Positions 23,240 through 35,839 of a DNA stretch of 64,000 bases are shown piece by piece. Source of the stretch: Mobula hypostoma (lineage: Eukaryota); contig NC_086098.1 of assembly GCF_963921235.1 (NCBI RefSeq), positions 8,246,001 through 8,310,000 on the forward strand, read 5' to 3'. Under the pieces are notes generated by a model, which saw only the letters and a list, made by a program, of their open reading frames with translations, was not told the origin of the DNA and searched no databases. The position numbers and the translations under genes were made by a program. The number at the start of each line of letters is the position of its first letter. Position 1 is the first letter of the stretch.

Positions 23240-24410
23240 TCTGGGAATAAGGCCATAAGGCACAGGAACAAAATTAGACTGTTCAGTCCATCAAATCTGC
23301 TCCACCATTCAATCATGGCTGATTTATTAACCCTCCCAGCCCATTCTCCTACCTCCTAACCACTGACCACCTCACTGAGAAAGGGGAGGAGAAGATGTTG
23401 GCGAGACGCAGCGCACGCGGCCGCTCTGAAATGATATTGTATTTGTAAGTAGGTACCGTGCACAATCCTGATTTGATGGAGACAGACATGAGAAGCACAG
23501 AGGAACAACTGGAGAAACTTCTGAAATGCCTGCTTCGTTGCCGCTGCTACTGTGTGATCCAGAATCTCCGGAGGGGAAGGCCCCAAATCCTCGGTGTTGC
23601 CTTTTGCCTGTTGCCAAGGCCGGGGTCGAAGCGCTCAGCAGAGATGATGCTCGGTGCTCGGTGTCGGAGGGATGGTCAGAGGCTCGAAGTTTTCAGACAG
23701 ACTCAGGAGTCGGCTGTGGTCGGGTGCTTCCAGGGTGCAGCATCGGCAAGTTTGCGGCGCTAGAAGCTCATGGCAGGGAGAGTTTTTCTTCCTTCTACCG
23801 TCTGTGTGAGTTGATGGGACTTTCAAGAGACTTTGAGACTTTTCTTTACCGTGCCCATGGTCTGCTCTTTATCAAATTACAGTATTGCTTTGCACTGTTG
23901 TAACTATATGTTATAATTATGTGGCTTTTGTCAGTTTTTCAGTCGGTTTGTCATGTGTTTCTGTGATATCATACTGGAGAAACAATGTATCATTTCTTAA
24001 TGCATGCATTACTAAATGACAATAAAAGAGGACTGCATGTCTTCATAATCTAATCTAATCTAATCAACAACCTATCAACCTTTACTTTAAATATTCCCAA
24101 ATACTTGTTCTCCACACCCGTTTATGGCAATGAGTTCCACAGATTCATCTCCCTCTGGCTGAAGAAATTCCTCTTCATCTCTTTTCGAAAGGGATGTCCC
24201 GTTATTCTAAGGCTGTGCCCTCAGGTCCTCGACTCTAGGTTTCAATGAGAATCTAAGGTCCAGCGAGAATAGGCCCAGAGATATCAAATGCTTCTCATAC
24301 GTTAACCCTTTCATTCCCAGGATCATTGTTATAAACCTGCTCTGGGCCCTCTTCAATTCCAGCACCTCTTTTCTTAAATGAGGGGTCCAAAACCGCTCAC
24401 AATACTCCAA
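23240..24410 (-). mobile_element. CR1 3' fragment split by a non-autonomous element
   Basis: LEYCERFWTPHLRKEV..RFITMILGMKGL; CR1 3' UTR. Confidence 0.8.
23383..24064 (+). mobile_element. Non-autonomous non-LTR element, 'AAGATGGC-head' family, copy 1
   Basis: Similar along its length to 38442-39061 and 61890-62536; AATAAA plus (TCTAA)n tail. Confidence 0.85.
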
Positions 24411-24945
24411 GTCGCAAAAACAAAGGAGCTGCTTGTGGATTACAGGAGAAATGGAGACGGGATAACCCCTATCGACATCAATGGATCTGGTGTTGAGAGG
24501 GTAAATAGCTTTAAGTTCCTCAGTATACACATCACTGAGGACCTCACCTGGTCTGTATGCACCAGTTGTATGATGAAAAAGGCACAGCAGCCCCTCTTTC
24601 ACCTCAGACGGTTGAAGAAGTTTGGTATGGGCCCCCAAATCCTAAGAACTTTCTACAGGGGCACAATTGAGAGCATCCTGACTGGCTGCATTACTGCCTG
24701 GTATGGGAACTGTACCTCCCTTAATTGCAGGATTCTGCAGAGTGTGGTACGGACAGCCCGGAGCATCTGTAGTTGTGAACTTCTTATGATTCGGGACATT
24801 TACAAGGACAAGTGTGTTAAAAGGGCCCGAAGGATCATTGGGGACCTGAGTCACCCCAACCACAATCTATTCCAGCTGCTACCATCTGGGAAATGGTACT
24901 GCAGCATAAAAGCCAGGACCAACAGGCTCCAGGACAGCTTCTTCC
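24411..24945 (+). mobile_element. Rex1/Babar LINE ORF C-terminus; its 3' UTR lies at 28368-28510
   Basis: KTKELLVDYRR, FKFLSIHITEDLTWS, KKAQQPLFHLRRLKKF, FYRGTIESILTGCITAWYG, RLQDSFF; same family as 60690-61420. Confidence 0.9.
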
Positions 24946-27900
24946 AGCGTATGGGAAAATGAGCAACGACAGCGGTAAGAGTGATCATTTTTCACGCTGT
25001 TATGGAAGTAGAAAGAAAATAAAACGAGTAAATGCAGTGCTTGAATTTTCAAGCACTGCATTTACTTGAGGAGTTTTATATAGATGTGCATTGTGAAAAA
25101 AAAAAGCAAAGTAAGAATGACTGGACTATTCCATTGCAAGTGAACCAAAACAATGTTCTGTTTAAACTTGATACCGGAGCACAAGTAAATGTTCTTGCAG
25201 AAACTCAGTTTAATGCATTAAAGCCTGACCAAAGTTACATAAGACAAATATAAAAGTGACTGGGTATTCAGGTGCAGACATTCCAATTAAAGAAACGTGT
25301 GGCAAAAGTATCACACAAAAATATTGTGCACACACTTTCATTTGTCATGGTGCCAAATAGTATACAGTCAATACTGGGTTTATCTGCCTGTGAAAGACTG
25401 AATTTGGTGAAAAGAATTTTAATTCTGGACAGCGACACAGAGTCAGAATACAGTGACTTGATGAAAGAGTATGAAGACTTGTTCAAAGGGCTTGGTTGTC
25501 TTCCAGCAGAGCACACGATTAAAATTGACAACACAGTGCAACCCATAGTACATCCATGTAGAAAAGTACCTTTTGCATTATGTTATCTACTGAAAACAGA
25601 GCTTGACAGAATGGAACGGCTAGGAGTCATTAAAAAAAATCAATGAACCGACTGAGTGGGTCAATTCGCTTGTCATTGTTGATAAGAAAAATGGAAAACT
25701 GAGGATTTGCTTAGATCCAAGAGACTTGAAATGAGCCATTAAAAGAGAGCATTTCAAATTGCCTACTCATGAAGAAATTATGTCACAGTTTGTTAATGCA
25801 AAGTACTTTAGCAAATTAGATGCATCCTCTGGATTCTGGCAACTTAAACTAGATGAACCGAGTTCAAAGTTGTGTACCTTTTACACGCCTTTTGCCAGAT
25901 ACTATTTTCTTAGGCTTCCATTTGGAATTGCATCAGCTCCTGAAGTGCACCATAAAACCAATCACATGCTATATGAGCACATCGAGGGTGTGGATACATC
26001 CATGGACGATATTATTTTTTGGGGATCATCTAAACAAGAGCATGACGCCAGACTCAGACAAGTCTTTGAGGCAACACGCAAGGAAAACCTGAAGTTGAAT
26101 AAAGACAAATGTCAGCTAGGAGTGACTGAACTTACCTTTGTGGGTGATATCTTCAGCAATGAGGGCGTGCGTCCTGATCCATTGAAGGTTTCTGCTATTG
26201 AGAACATGCCAAGACCGCAATGTGAAGAGGATGTTCAAAGGTTTATGGGAATGATCCACTACATGGGAAAATTCATACCCAATCTTTCGGAACAGCTTGC
26301 TCCATTGAGGCAGATAACAGAAAAGAGAAACAAATGGAGCTGGAATCATGAACGGAAGAAGGCACGGCAAAATCGCAAGAAAATGCTCACTAAAGAACCT
26401 GTTTTGAAATTCTGTGATGCTGGGAAACCCATCAAAATCTCATGTGATGCATCTCAAGCAGGCTTAGGGGCAGTATTACTCCAGAAACATGATCAGGAAT
26501 GGCTACCAGTGCCATACACATCTCGTTCATTACCTGATCCAGAAACAAGGTATGCCCAAATTGAAAAAGAATTTCTCAGCATTATGTTTGCATGCAAGAG
26601 ATTTCATCAGTTTGTGTCAGGGCGATCTATTGATGTTGAAACTGATCATAAGCCTCTGATTGCATGGTTTCACAAATCTTTAAGCGACTGTCCTTTGCGA
26701 ATTCAGTGAATGATGATCAAATTGCAAAGTTATGCATTGAATGTGTCACACGCATCTGGAAAATTCATGTACACAGCTGACACACTTTCCAGCGCTGTGG
26801 ATTCAACAACAAAAAACAGTCACAGGGACACTGTTGATGTTCAGGCATTTGTTGATGTGATCATAGAGACTGTACCTGTTGTTGCTGAAAAGTTGGAACT
26901 GCTGTGTCTTGAGACAGAGAGGACAAAATTCTCAGTCAGGTTATACAAGTGGTGATGGATGCATGGCCAGATAATAGGCATGACTGTATCTCAGAAGTAC
27001 AAGAATATTGGAACCACAGATTAGAACTTTCTGTTGTGGATGAGTTATTGTCCTAAGATAGCAGAATTGTGATTCCTAAAAGTCTCCGAAAAGAATTGCT
27101 TGGGAAAATTCATGAAGGCCACCTAGGTATTGAAAAATGTAAGAGAAGGGCATGGGAAGTGATGTTTTGGCCCAGGATGAATCACAAAATTGCAGAATTG
27201 GTGTCTTCTTGTCAAATATGCCTTAAGTACCAACCTAGCAACCCTAAGGAGCCACTGAATCCACATCCTAGTCCTCAGAGACCTTATCAGAAGGTAGGCA
27301 TTGATCTTTTTGTAACTGACAACAAAGATTATCTATTAATAACAGATTACTACTCATTGTATCCTGAAGTGTGTGGTCTGAGCAGAACAACTGCAGAGAA
27401 CGTAATTACATGCATGAAATCAGTTTTTTCCAGACATGGTGTACCTGATGAAGTTTTCACAGACAATGGTCCACATTTCAATGGTGAATGCATAAGACAT
27501 TTTGCTCATGAGTGGGGCTTTGTTCATACAACATCTAGTCCATTTTTTCCTCAGTCCAATGGATTGGTTGAGAAGTCGGTAGGAATTATCAAGAAACTGA
27601 TGCACAAAGCAAAGGATAGTGGAGGTGATTTTATAAAACTTTGTTAGCCTATCGCAGTACTCCACTTGAATGTAGATTTTCACCTGCTCAGCTCTTGATG
27701 GGATGCCATTTGAGATCCAATCTGCCAATGGATGAGAGCCTTCTGAGAACAGAGGGAGGTGAACAGGTGAAAAGATGGAAAGATGAACACAAAGCAAAGC
27801 AGAAAATATACTTTGACAGATGTTCTCGTCCATTACCTGAACTGCACCAAGGGCATGAAGTGAGGATACAAGACAAAATGAACACTTGGACACAGAAAGC

Positions 27901-28367
27901 TACAATACTTGAAGAACTGCAACCCAGATCATACATGGTCCAAACAGAAGAAGGAACAGTGTTAAGAAGAAATTGCAAAGACCTCAAAAAAGAGCCAACT
28001 TCAGAGTTTCAGTTAACTGATGCAGACCAGACAAAACATGGAAATAACAATGAAACACAAGAACTATGAAGTTCTACTCGTGTTCGTAAACCCCCGGAGA
28101 GACTGATAGAGACACGTTAAATTATGCATTTGCTCTGGTCAATGTTGCTAATTGTTTTTCTTTTTAAGGAAAAGAAGATGTGGTGGTATGACGTGTCAGA
28201 ACGTGATTGGAGAGAGTTCTGACCATACGCAGAAATGATAAAATGATCAAGAACATGGTACTGTAAAAATGTGGTTTGGTTGTTGCTATAAATAAAAGTT
28301 CTATGTCTTGCAGAATATGATTTTGTATTAGTAACCCACAGTATGTATAAATATAAAGAACACAACA
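24946..28367 (+). mobile_element. Gypsy element 3, same family as Gypsy 2; 5' LTR and most of gag missing; decayed protease-RT-RNaseH-integrase and 3' LTR
   Basis: LDTGAQV; RT FSKLDASSGFWQ, LPFGI, SMDDII; RNaseH CDAS, ETDHKPL; integrase HEGHLG..CQIC, IDLF, TDNGP, NGLVEK; PPT 28166-28178; LTR 28179-28367. Confidence 0.95.
28179..28367 (+). repeat. 3' LTR of Gypsy 3
   Basis: TGTGGTG...TAAAGAACACAACA, homologous to the Gypsy 2 LTRs. Confidence 0.9.
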
Positions 28368-29442
28368 CCCTATATTACATAGACTGTTCTATTTATTATA
28401 AATTATTATAAATTACTATGATTGCACATTGCACATTTAGATGGAGACATAATGTAAAGATTTTTACTCTTCATGTATGTGAAGGAAGTAAGAAATAAAG
28501 TCAATTCAACTGTGATATGACCAATGCCTTACACTGTAAAGCCCCAGTATTATATCCTCCCTTTTATATTCACTATTTTATATTCTAGTCCTCTTGACAT
28601 AAATGCTAAAATGTATCTGTGCAAAAAAAAGGTGTTGTTGTTGAATCAATAGCCCTCCCACAAGTCAGAAGATGGAGTGGGACATGAAGCAAAGGGGGAA
28701 TTGAGTGACCACCAACTCTCAGACAGGGGAAGCTGGTTTCATTTTCAGTAAAAACTTTATAGCATTTGACAGATAATCCATACCCATGCCTTCTTTCTCA
28801 GTTTCTAAATATTTATGTTATTCAGTTAATTTAAAAATAAAAGAATTGAAAGAAGTAGGAAAATAGAAAACAGTGCATTTTGTGAATACTATAGTACACA
28901 TTCTTAAATTCATCGTCATTATGTGCCGTGCCACATCATCTGGGCAATCATGGTCTTTCATGACCATGATTGTTCTTGGCAAATTTTTCTACAAAAATGG
29001 TTTGTCATTGTCTTCTCCTTTGCAACGTCTTTACAAGACAGGACACGCCAGTCATTATCAACGCTCTTCAGAGACAGCCACATGCATGCTAAAATTAATA
29101 AATAATATTAATACAAAGCAAAATTTTAAAAAAAGAAACATTTAGCTGGCATTACTCTGTTGAAGGTCGGTGACTCTGTTTACGTGAATAGAATTACTGT
29201 GTGTTCAACACCCATGTTGGATCTCCTCTGTGCCATTGAGAGAAATGAACCAAAAGTCACATATATTCAGGCGACCAAAGCAAAAGTGTCTGTTCCTGAT
29301 GAAGTTTCTTGGCCCAAAACATTGACTATTTATTCCCCTCAATAGATGCTGCCTAAGCTGCTGAGTTCCTCCTCAATTTTGTACGTGTGGCTCTGGATTT
29401 CCGGCATCTGTAAAATCTCTTACCTTTATAACATCATGTTTA

Positions 29443-30015
29443 TGTAGGGTTCTCAGAAATACTCATCGTAATGTTAATTGTTAAGGCTGACAAAATGGCT
29501 TCTCTGTACTGTGCTGAGTAAGGGGCTCTCTGTAGCAGCGTGTTTGGGTTATAACATGTTTGTGTTCATTTGCTAGCCAATGGAAGTCATGTTATTCTAT
29601 CTGTATGTGCGGGAACCAGAGGAGAAGTGCGGGCTTTTGGTGGAGGAGAAGAGAAGAGGTGGGACGTGAGTTGAGCGCTCTGGTAGATCACTGGGAGTGA
29701 TCCCAGCCAAGGGTCGACAGAGTTCGGAGGAGATCGATGGGAGGAAAGGATACCGGATTTCGTGAGCTCCAACGTACTACTGTGCACAAAACTGATAAAT
29801 TTACTGATTTGGTGCCTTTATTTTATTTGTTTCTACTAACCAATCACCGTGAAATAATCATAAAGTGTAATCATTTACTTGCCTATCGTGTACTGTCTGA
29901 TATTTCATGTCGTGGGCAATCACACAGTATCTACACCAATGTGATTACAGAGTTGGTGGGGTCAACGCCAGTTTACCCTAGACGAACGGGAGTCAAGTGT
30001 GGCATAGTCGCTACA
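29443..30015. mobile_element. Solo LTR (573 bp), TSD TTTA
   Basis: TGTAG...CTACA termini; TTTA at 29439-29442 and 30016-30019. Confidence 0.8.
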
Positions 30016-30210
30016 TTTATCTGGTATTCTGCTCCGTCACTGAACTTCAGTTTCTTGTTGGCTTCCATGCTGCAGTGCAAAAATGCAAAATCAAAGAAGC
30101 AACTAGCACCACTCTAGACCTTGGTAGGGAGGAGGTGCAGGAGTCTGAAAATGAACTCTTAATGTTCTAGGGACAGCATCTTCCCCTCCATCATCAGATT
30201 TCTAAACAGT

Positions 30211-31235
30211 TACTATTACGTCGACTCAGGCCTAGGGGGCCGGCGTCGGGCATGATGACGGACTCTCCACTTCTCCCTCTCCCTCACCAGTGTGTTCAGT
30301 TCATCTACATTAGCCACGCCGCTGTCTTCTAGGAGCGTGTTGACCATAGTTTTGGGAGGGCGCCCAGGGTTCATCCTCCCGTGCTTGGGCTCCCATATGA
30401 TGACTAGGCTGGCAGGTAGCTCAGGGTGGCGTAGACAGTGCCCCGCTAGTTGCAGTCTTCTCCCCTCGATTTTAGTGGTGAGCATCTGTAGGTCGTCATA
30501 GAATTCGACGTTCGTCATGTGCTGTTGCCAACTCACGTCAAGAGCCATCCGGAGCATTCGTGTATAGCAACCATCTAGAGACTTTCGCATCGTCTTTGTG
30601 AGTGTCCACGTCTTGCATCCGTATGTGAGAATGGACTCTATGACTGCTATGGAGATCCTCTTTTTAAGTCCTCTGGTCAGGTTCGACTTCCAGATTTCCT
30701 TCATGTCGTTCATAGCCCTCCACGCCAGCGCCTTCCGTACCTTTATATCCTTCTCCGAACTCATCATTCTTGACCCGAGGTACTTGTAGTCAAAGACTTT
30801 CCTAATGGTATCATTCTTTACGGTCTTGAGAGTACCTTCATCGCAGTTAAATGCCATGTACTTTGTCTTTTTAGCGTTTAGGTGAAGTTCAACTTTATTG
30901 TACTCAATTTCCACTTTTGTCAGTGGCTGCTGTGCTTCCTCCATCTGGTCAGAGAGCAGGACTATGTCATCTGCAAAATCGAGATCTGTGAGTGTAACTG
31001 GTCTGACCCTTTTGGTTTGCCCTGGTCTTTTGGTAGCTTGACGCAGAGCGTAATCAAGGACGATTATAAAGATGTAGGGTGCCGGAGTGTCTTCTTGCAG
31101 CACACCAGCTAGGAGCTCGAACACTGCTGTTTTTCCGTCTGGTGATACAACTTTCGCCATGGTTTTGGTATAGCTGGACTCTATTGCTCTCAGTAGATGG
31201 TCTGGCACTCAGCAAGCTTTCAGGATCTTCAGCAT
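30211..31235 (-). mobile_element. RTE-clade (RTE-X-like) LINE, 5'-truncated, with a 330-aa open RT frame
   Basis: AGVLQEDTPAPYIFIIVLD, LDFADDIVLL, LNAKKTKYM, YKYLGS, YGCKTWTL, LAGHCLR, GRPPKT. Confidence 0.85.
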
Positions 31236-31304
31236 GAATATATGAACATATGAATATATGACTATGAATATATGAACCCATGAATACTAACTCTCAAATA
31301 CTCT

Positions 31305-32225
31305 CAAAATCAACAGCAGCAGGACAGGCAGCATCTATGGAGAGGAATAAACAGTTGCCGTCTCAGGCATGAGGACTGAAACGGAACAGGAAAGAAGCCA
31401 GAATAAGAAGGAGGGGGGAAGGGAAAGCATAAAAGCTGGCAGATGATGGGTGAAGCCAGTGAGTGGGATGGTAGTTGGGTAGGGAGGAGGAATGAAATAA
31501 GAAGTTGGGAGGTGATAGGTGGAAAAGGCAAAGGTCTGAAGAAGAAGGAATATGATAGGAGAAGAGAGTGAGCCATAGGAGAAAAGGATGGAGAAAGGTC
31601 ACCAGAGGGAAGTGATGAGTAGGTGAGAAGAGAAGGGGTAAGAGTTTATCTCCCAGTGGCCACCCATTCTAATTCTTCTTCCCATTCCCATTCCAATATG
31701 TCTATCCATGGCCTCCTCCACTGTCGTGATGAGGCCACGTTTAGGTTGGAGGAACAACACCTTATATTCCATCTGGGTAGCTTCCAACCTTTTGGCATGA
31801 ACGTCAATTTCTCAAACTTCTGTAATGCCCCCCTTTTCCCTCTCTCACCTAATCTGCTTACCTGTCCTTCGCCTCCCTCTGGTTCTCCTCCACCCTCTTC
31901 TTTCTTCCATGGCCTTCTGCTCTTTTCTATCAGACTTGCCCTTCTCCAGACCTGTATTTCTTTCACCAATCAACTTCCCAGCTCTTTACTTCATCACTCC
32001 TCCTTCAGGTTTCACCTATCACCTTGTGTTCCTCTCTCCCCTCTCCCCACCTTTTAAATCTTCTCCTCAGCTTTTTTTCTCTAGTCCTGCCAAAGGGTCT
32101 CAGCCTGAAACGTTGACTGTACCTTTTTCCATAGATGCTGCCTCACCTGCTGAGCTCCCCCAGCGTTTTGTGTGTGTTGCTCAAGTAAGAGGCGTAGGTA
32201 AGGGTAAGAGAGGGAATGGAATGTG
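31305..32225. mobile_element. Nested PLE remnants: plus copy 31645-32184 inside a minus copy, TSD GTAAGAG
   Basis: LPVATHSNS..RLEEQHLIFHLGSFQPFGMN (GIY-YIG C-terminus); GTAAGAG at 31638-31644 and 32185-32191. Confidence 0.8.
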
Positions 32226-32229
32226 AAAT

Positions 32230-35110
32230 AAGACTATAAAATATAGGAGTAGCATTAGATCATCCAGCTCATTGAATCAGCTCGCCAATTCATCATGGCT
32301 GATCTACTTCTGGCTCAAGCCCATTCCCCTGACTAACCTCATATGCCATAACCAATCAAGAACCTATCAACCTCCTTCTTAAATATACCTAATCACCTGG
32401 ACTTCACAGCTGCCTGTGGCAATGAATTTCACAGATCCACAACTCTTTGGCTAAACAAATTCCTCTTGGTCTCCACTCTAAATGGGCATCTCTCCTTTCT
32501 GAGGCTGTGTCCTCTGGTCTTAGACTGCCCCACGATAGGAATCATTCTCTCCTTATCCACCCTATCGAGGCCTTTCAACATTCAATAGGTTTCAATGAGG
32601 TCACCCCTCATTCTTCTGAATTCCAGTCAGTACAGGCCCAAAAAGTCAAAAGCTCCATATATGATAACCCTTTCAATCCCAGGATCATTCTCATAAACCT
32701 TCTCTGAACCCTCTCCAATGTCATCACATCTTTTCAAACATAAGAGACCCAAAACAACTCATAATACTTCAAGTGAGACCTCACCATTGCCTTATAAAGC
32801 CTCAGCATTACATCCTTGTTTTTATATTCTAGTCCTCTCACAGTGCATGACCATAGAGTTCCTGACACTGTATTCCATCTGCCATTTCTTTGTCCATTCT
32901 TCCAATCTGCCTAAGTCCCTGCTTGCTCAACACTACCTGCCCCTCCACCTATCTTTGTATCATCTGCAAAACTGGCCACAAAGCCATCAATTCTTTCACC
33001 TATATCATTGACATTTAATGTATAAGGAACCAGTCCTGACCTTTGTGAAACACCAGCGGCACTGGCAGACAAACATAAAAGGCTCCCTTTATTCTGAATC
33101 TTTGCCTCTTACCAATAAGCCCATCCTCTATCCATGCAAGTATCTTTCCTGTAATATATGGGCTCTTGTCATTAGCTTTTAACTTGATAAGCAGCCTCAT
33201 GTGTGTCACTTTGTCAAAGGCCTGCTGAAAATCCAACTACACAACATAAACCAATTCTCCTTTGTCTACCCCTTTTTTTTTATCTTGTCAAAGGATTCCA
33301 ACAGATTTGTTAGGCAATATTTTCTCTTTAGGAAACCTTGCTGACTACACCTGTTTTATGATGTGCCTCCAAGTACCCCGAAACCACATCCTTAACAGTC
33401 AACTCCAACATCTTCCCAACCACTGATGTCTGACTAAGTAGCCTATACTTTCCTTTCTTCTGCCTCCCTCCCTTCTTGAAGGGTGGAGTGGCATTTGCAA
33501 TTTTCCAGCCCTCCAGAATAAAGCCAGAACCTAAACGAATCTTGAGAGATCTTGACTAATGCCTTCACAATCTGCCCAGCCACCTCTTTCAGAACCCTGG
33601 AGTGTAGTCCAGATGCAAAGAGCTTTCTTAGTTCTTCCGCCATTACTACCTCTCCCCAGTGTTATTTTCTAGCAGTTCAATATCTTCTCTCCTCTCTTTT
33701 ACTCTTATATATCTGAAAAACTTTTGGCATACGTTTTGATATTATTGGCTAGCTTATCTTCATATTTCATGTTTTCCCTCTCTATGGCTTCTTTAGCTGC
33801 CTTCTGTTGATTTTTAAAAGCTTCCCAATTTTCTAACTTCCCACTAATTATGACTCTATTATATGTCCTCTTTTGTTTTTATGTTGCTTTGACTTCTCTT
33901 GTCAGCCATGATTGTGTCATCCTGCCTTTAGAATACTCTTTGGGATGTATCTATCCTGCACTTTCCAAATTGCTCCCAGAAACTCAAATCAATCTACTGT
34001 CATCCCTGCTAGTGTGCCCTTGCAATCACCTTTCCCAACTCCTCCTTCATGCCTCTGTAATTCCCTTTACTTTACAGTCATACTAATACATCTGACTTTA
34101 GCTTTCCCTCTGAAATTGCAGCGTGAGGTTTATTATATTATGATCACTGTCTGCTAATGGTTCCCTTACCTTAAACTCCCTAATCAAACCTGGTTCATTA
34201 CACTACACCCAATCCAGAATGGCTCAACCACAAGCTGCTTTAAAAATCTATCTTGTAGGCATTCTACAAATCTGTACTCCTGGGATCCAGCATCAACCTA
34301 ATTTTCCCAATCTACCAAACTTGAAATCTCCCATGACTATCATAACATTGCCCTTTTTATATGCATTTTCTATCTCCCTTTGTAATTTGTAGACCACATC
34401 TTTGCTACTCTTCAGGGGCTGCATATAACTCCCATCATCTCCTTTTTACCCTTGCAGTTTATTAACTCTACGCTCAAGGATTCTACATCTTCCGACCCTA
34501 TTTCAGCCTTTCTAAGAAATTGATTTCATCTTTTACCAACAGAGCTATGCCACCCCCTCTCCCTACCTGCCAATTCTTTTGATACAAAGTGTAGCCTTGG
34601 ATGCTAAACTCCCAACTCTGGCCTTCTTTCAGGCACAACTCAGTGATGCCCACAACAGCACAGCTCCCACTTTCTAACTGCATTATATGATCATTCAGAT
34701 GTAACACCTTCAGTTCTATATTCATCACCCTTTATGACGTTATACCCATGTTACACTGCAATTCATCCCACTGACTGTGATTTTGCCCTATCATCTGCCT
34801 GTCCTTCCACACAGTCTCACTACGAACAGCATCTACTTGCACACCAACTGCCCATCCTCAACCCTATCACTCCAGTTTCTAATTAATTTAAACCCTTCCC
34901 AACAGTTCCAGAAAACCTGCATGTAAGGATATTGGATCCCTTCAGGTTCAGGAGTAACCCATCCATTTTGTACAGGTCATATCTTCCCCAGAAGAGATCC
35001 CAATGCTCCCGAAATCTGAACTGCTGCCCCACACGAGTTCCTCAACCACGCATTCACCTGCCAAGTCATTCTGTTTTTACCCTCGCTGGCACATGACACA
35101 GGCAGCAATC
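32230..35110 (-). mobile_element. Old near full-length CR1 with many deletions
   Basis: Remnants in the expected order: 3' UTR, DFQQAFDKV, LHSRVLKEVA, VVGITELCLKEG, esterase. Confidence 0.8.
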
Positions 35111-35248
35111 GAGAGATTACTACCTCATTGTTTTGCTCTCCTTTTGCATTATGTACTTATTATATATTATGGGATGTGTGGCTACTGCACAGGATCGAAG
35201 TAAGCTGCAGAGAGTTGCAAAATTAGTCAGCTCCATCATGGGCACTAG

Positions 35249-35617
35249 TCATAGTCATGGTCATAGTCATACTTTATTGATCCCGGGGGAAATTGGTTTT
35301 CGTTACAGTTGCACCATAAATAATTAAATAGTAATAAAACCATAAATAGTTAAATAGTAATATGTAAATTATGCCAGGAAAAAGTCCAGGATCAGCCTAT
35401 TGGCTCAGGGTGTCTGACCCTCCAAGGGAGGAGTTGTAAAGTTTGATGGCCACAGGCAGGAATGACTTCCTATGACGCTCTGTGCTGCATCTCGGTGGAA
35501 TGAGTCTCTGGCTGTATATACTCCTGTGCCCACCCAGTACATTATGTTGTGGATGGGAGACATTGTCAAAGATGGCATGCATCTTGGACAGCATCCTCTT
35601 TTCAGACACCATCAGAT
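35249..35617 (-). mobile_element. Rex1/Babar-like 3' fragment with (GACTAT)n tail, TSD ACTAG, inside another Rex1 remnant
   Basis: RCSTERHRKSFLPVAIKLYNSS; same family as 52286-52920; ACTAG at 35244-35248 and 35618-35622. Confidence 0.85.
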
Positions 35618-35839
35618 ACTAGCCTCCACAGATTCCAAGGCATCTTCAATTTGCCTCAGAAAAGCAGAGTTCATCATCCTGGATGACCCCTGCCATCCAG
35701 GGCATGCCCGCTTCTCACTGTTACCATCAGGAAGGAGGTACAGAAGTCTGAAAGCACACAATCAGTGATTAGGAGCTGCCTCTTGTCCTCTGCCATCCAA
35801 TTTCTGAATAAACACCAAACCCACAAACCCTACCTCACT

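Noticed and set aside
31234..31290. Short periodic repeats (ATGAATAT)n as a CRISPR-like array
   Set aside because: Eukaryotic context, no spacers; slippage at an RTE insertion junction.
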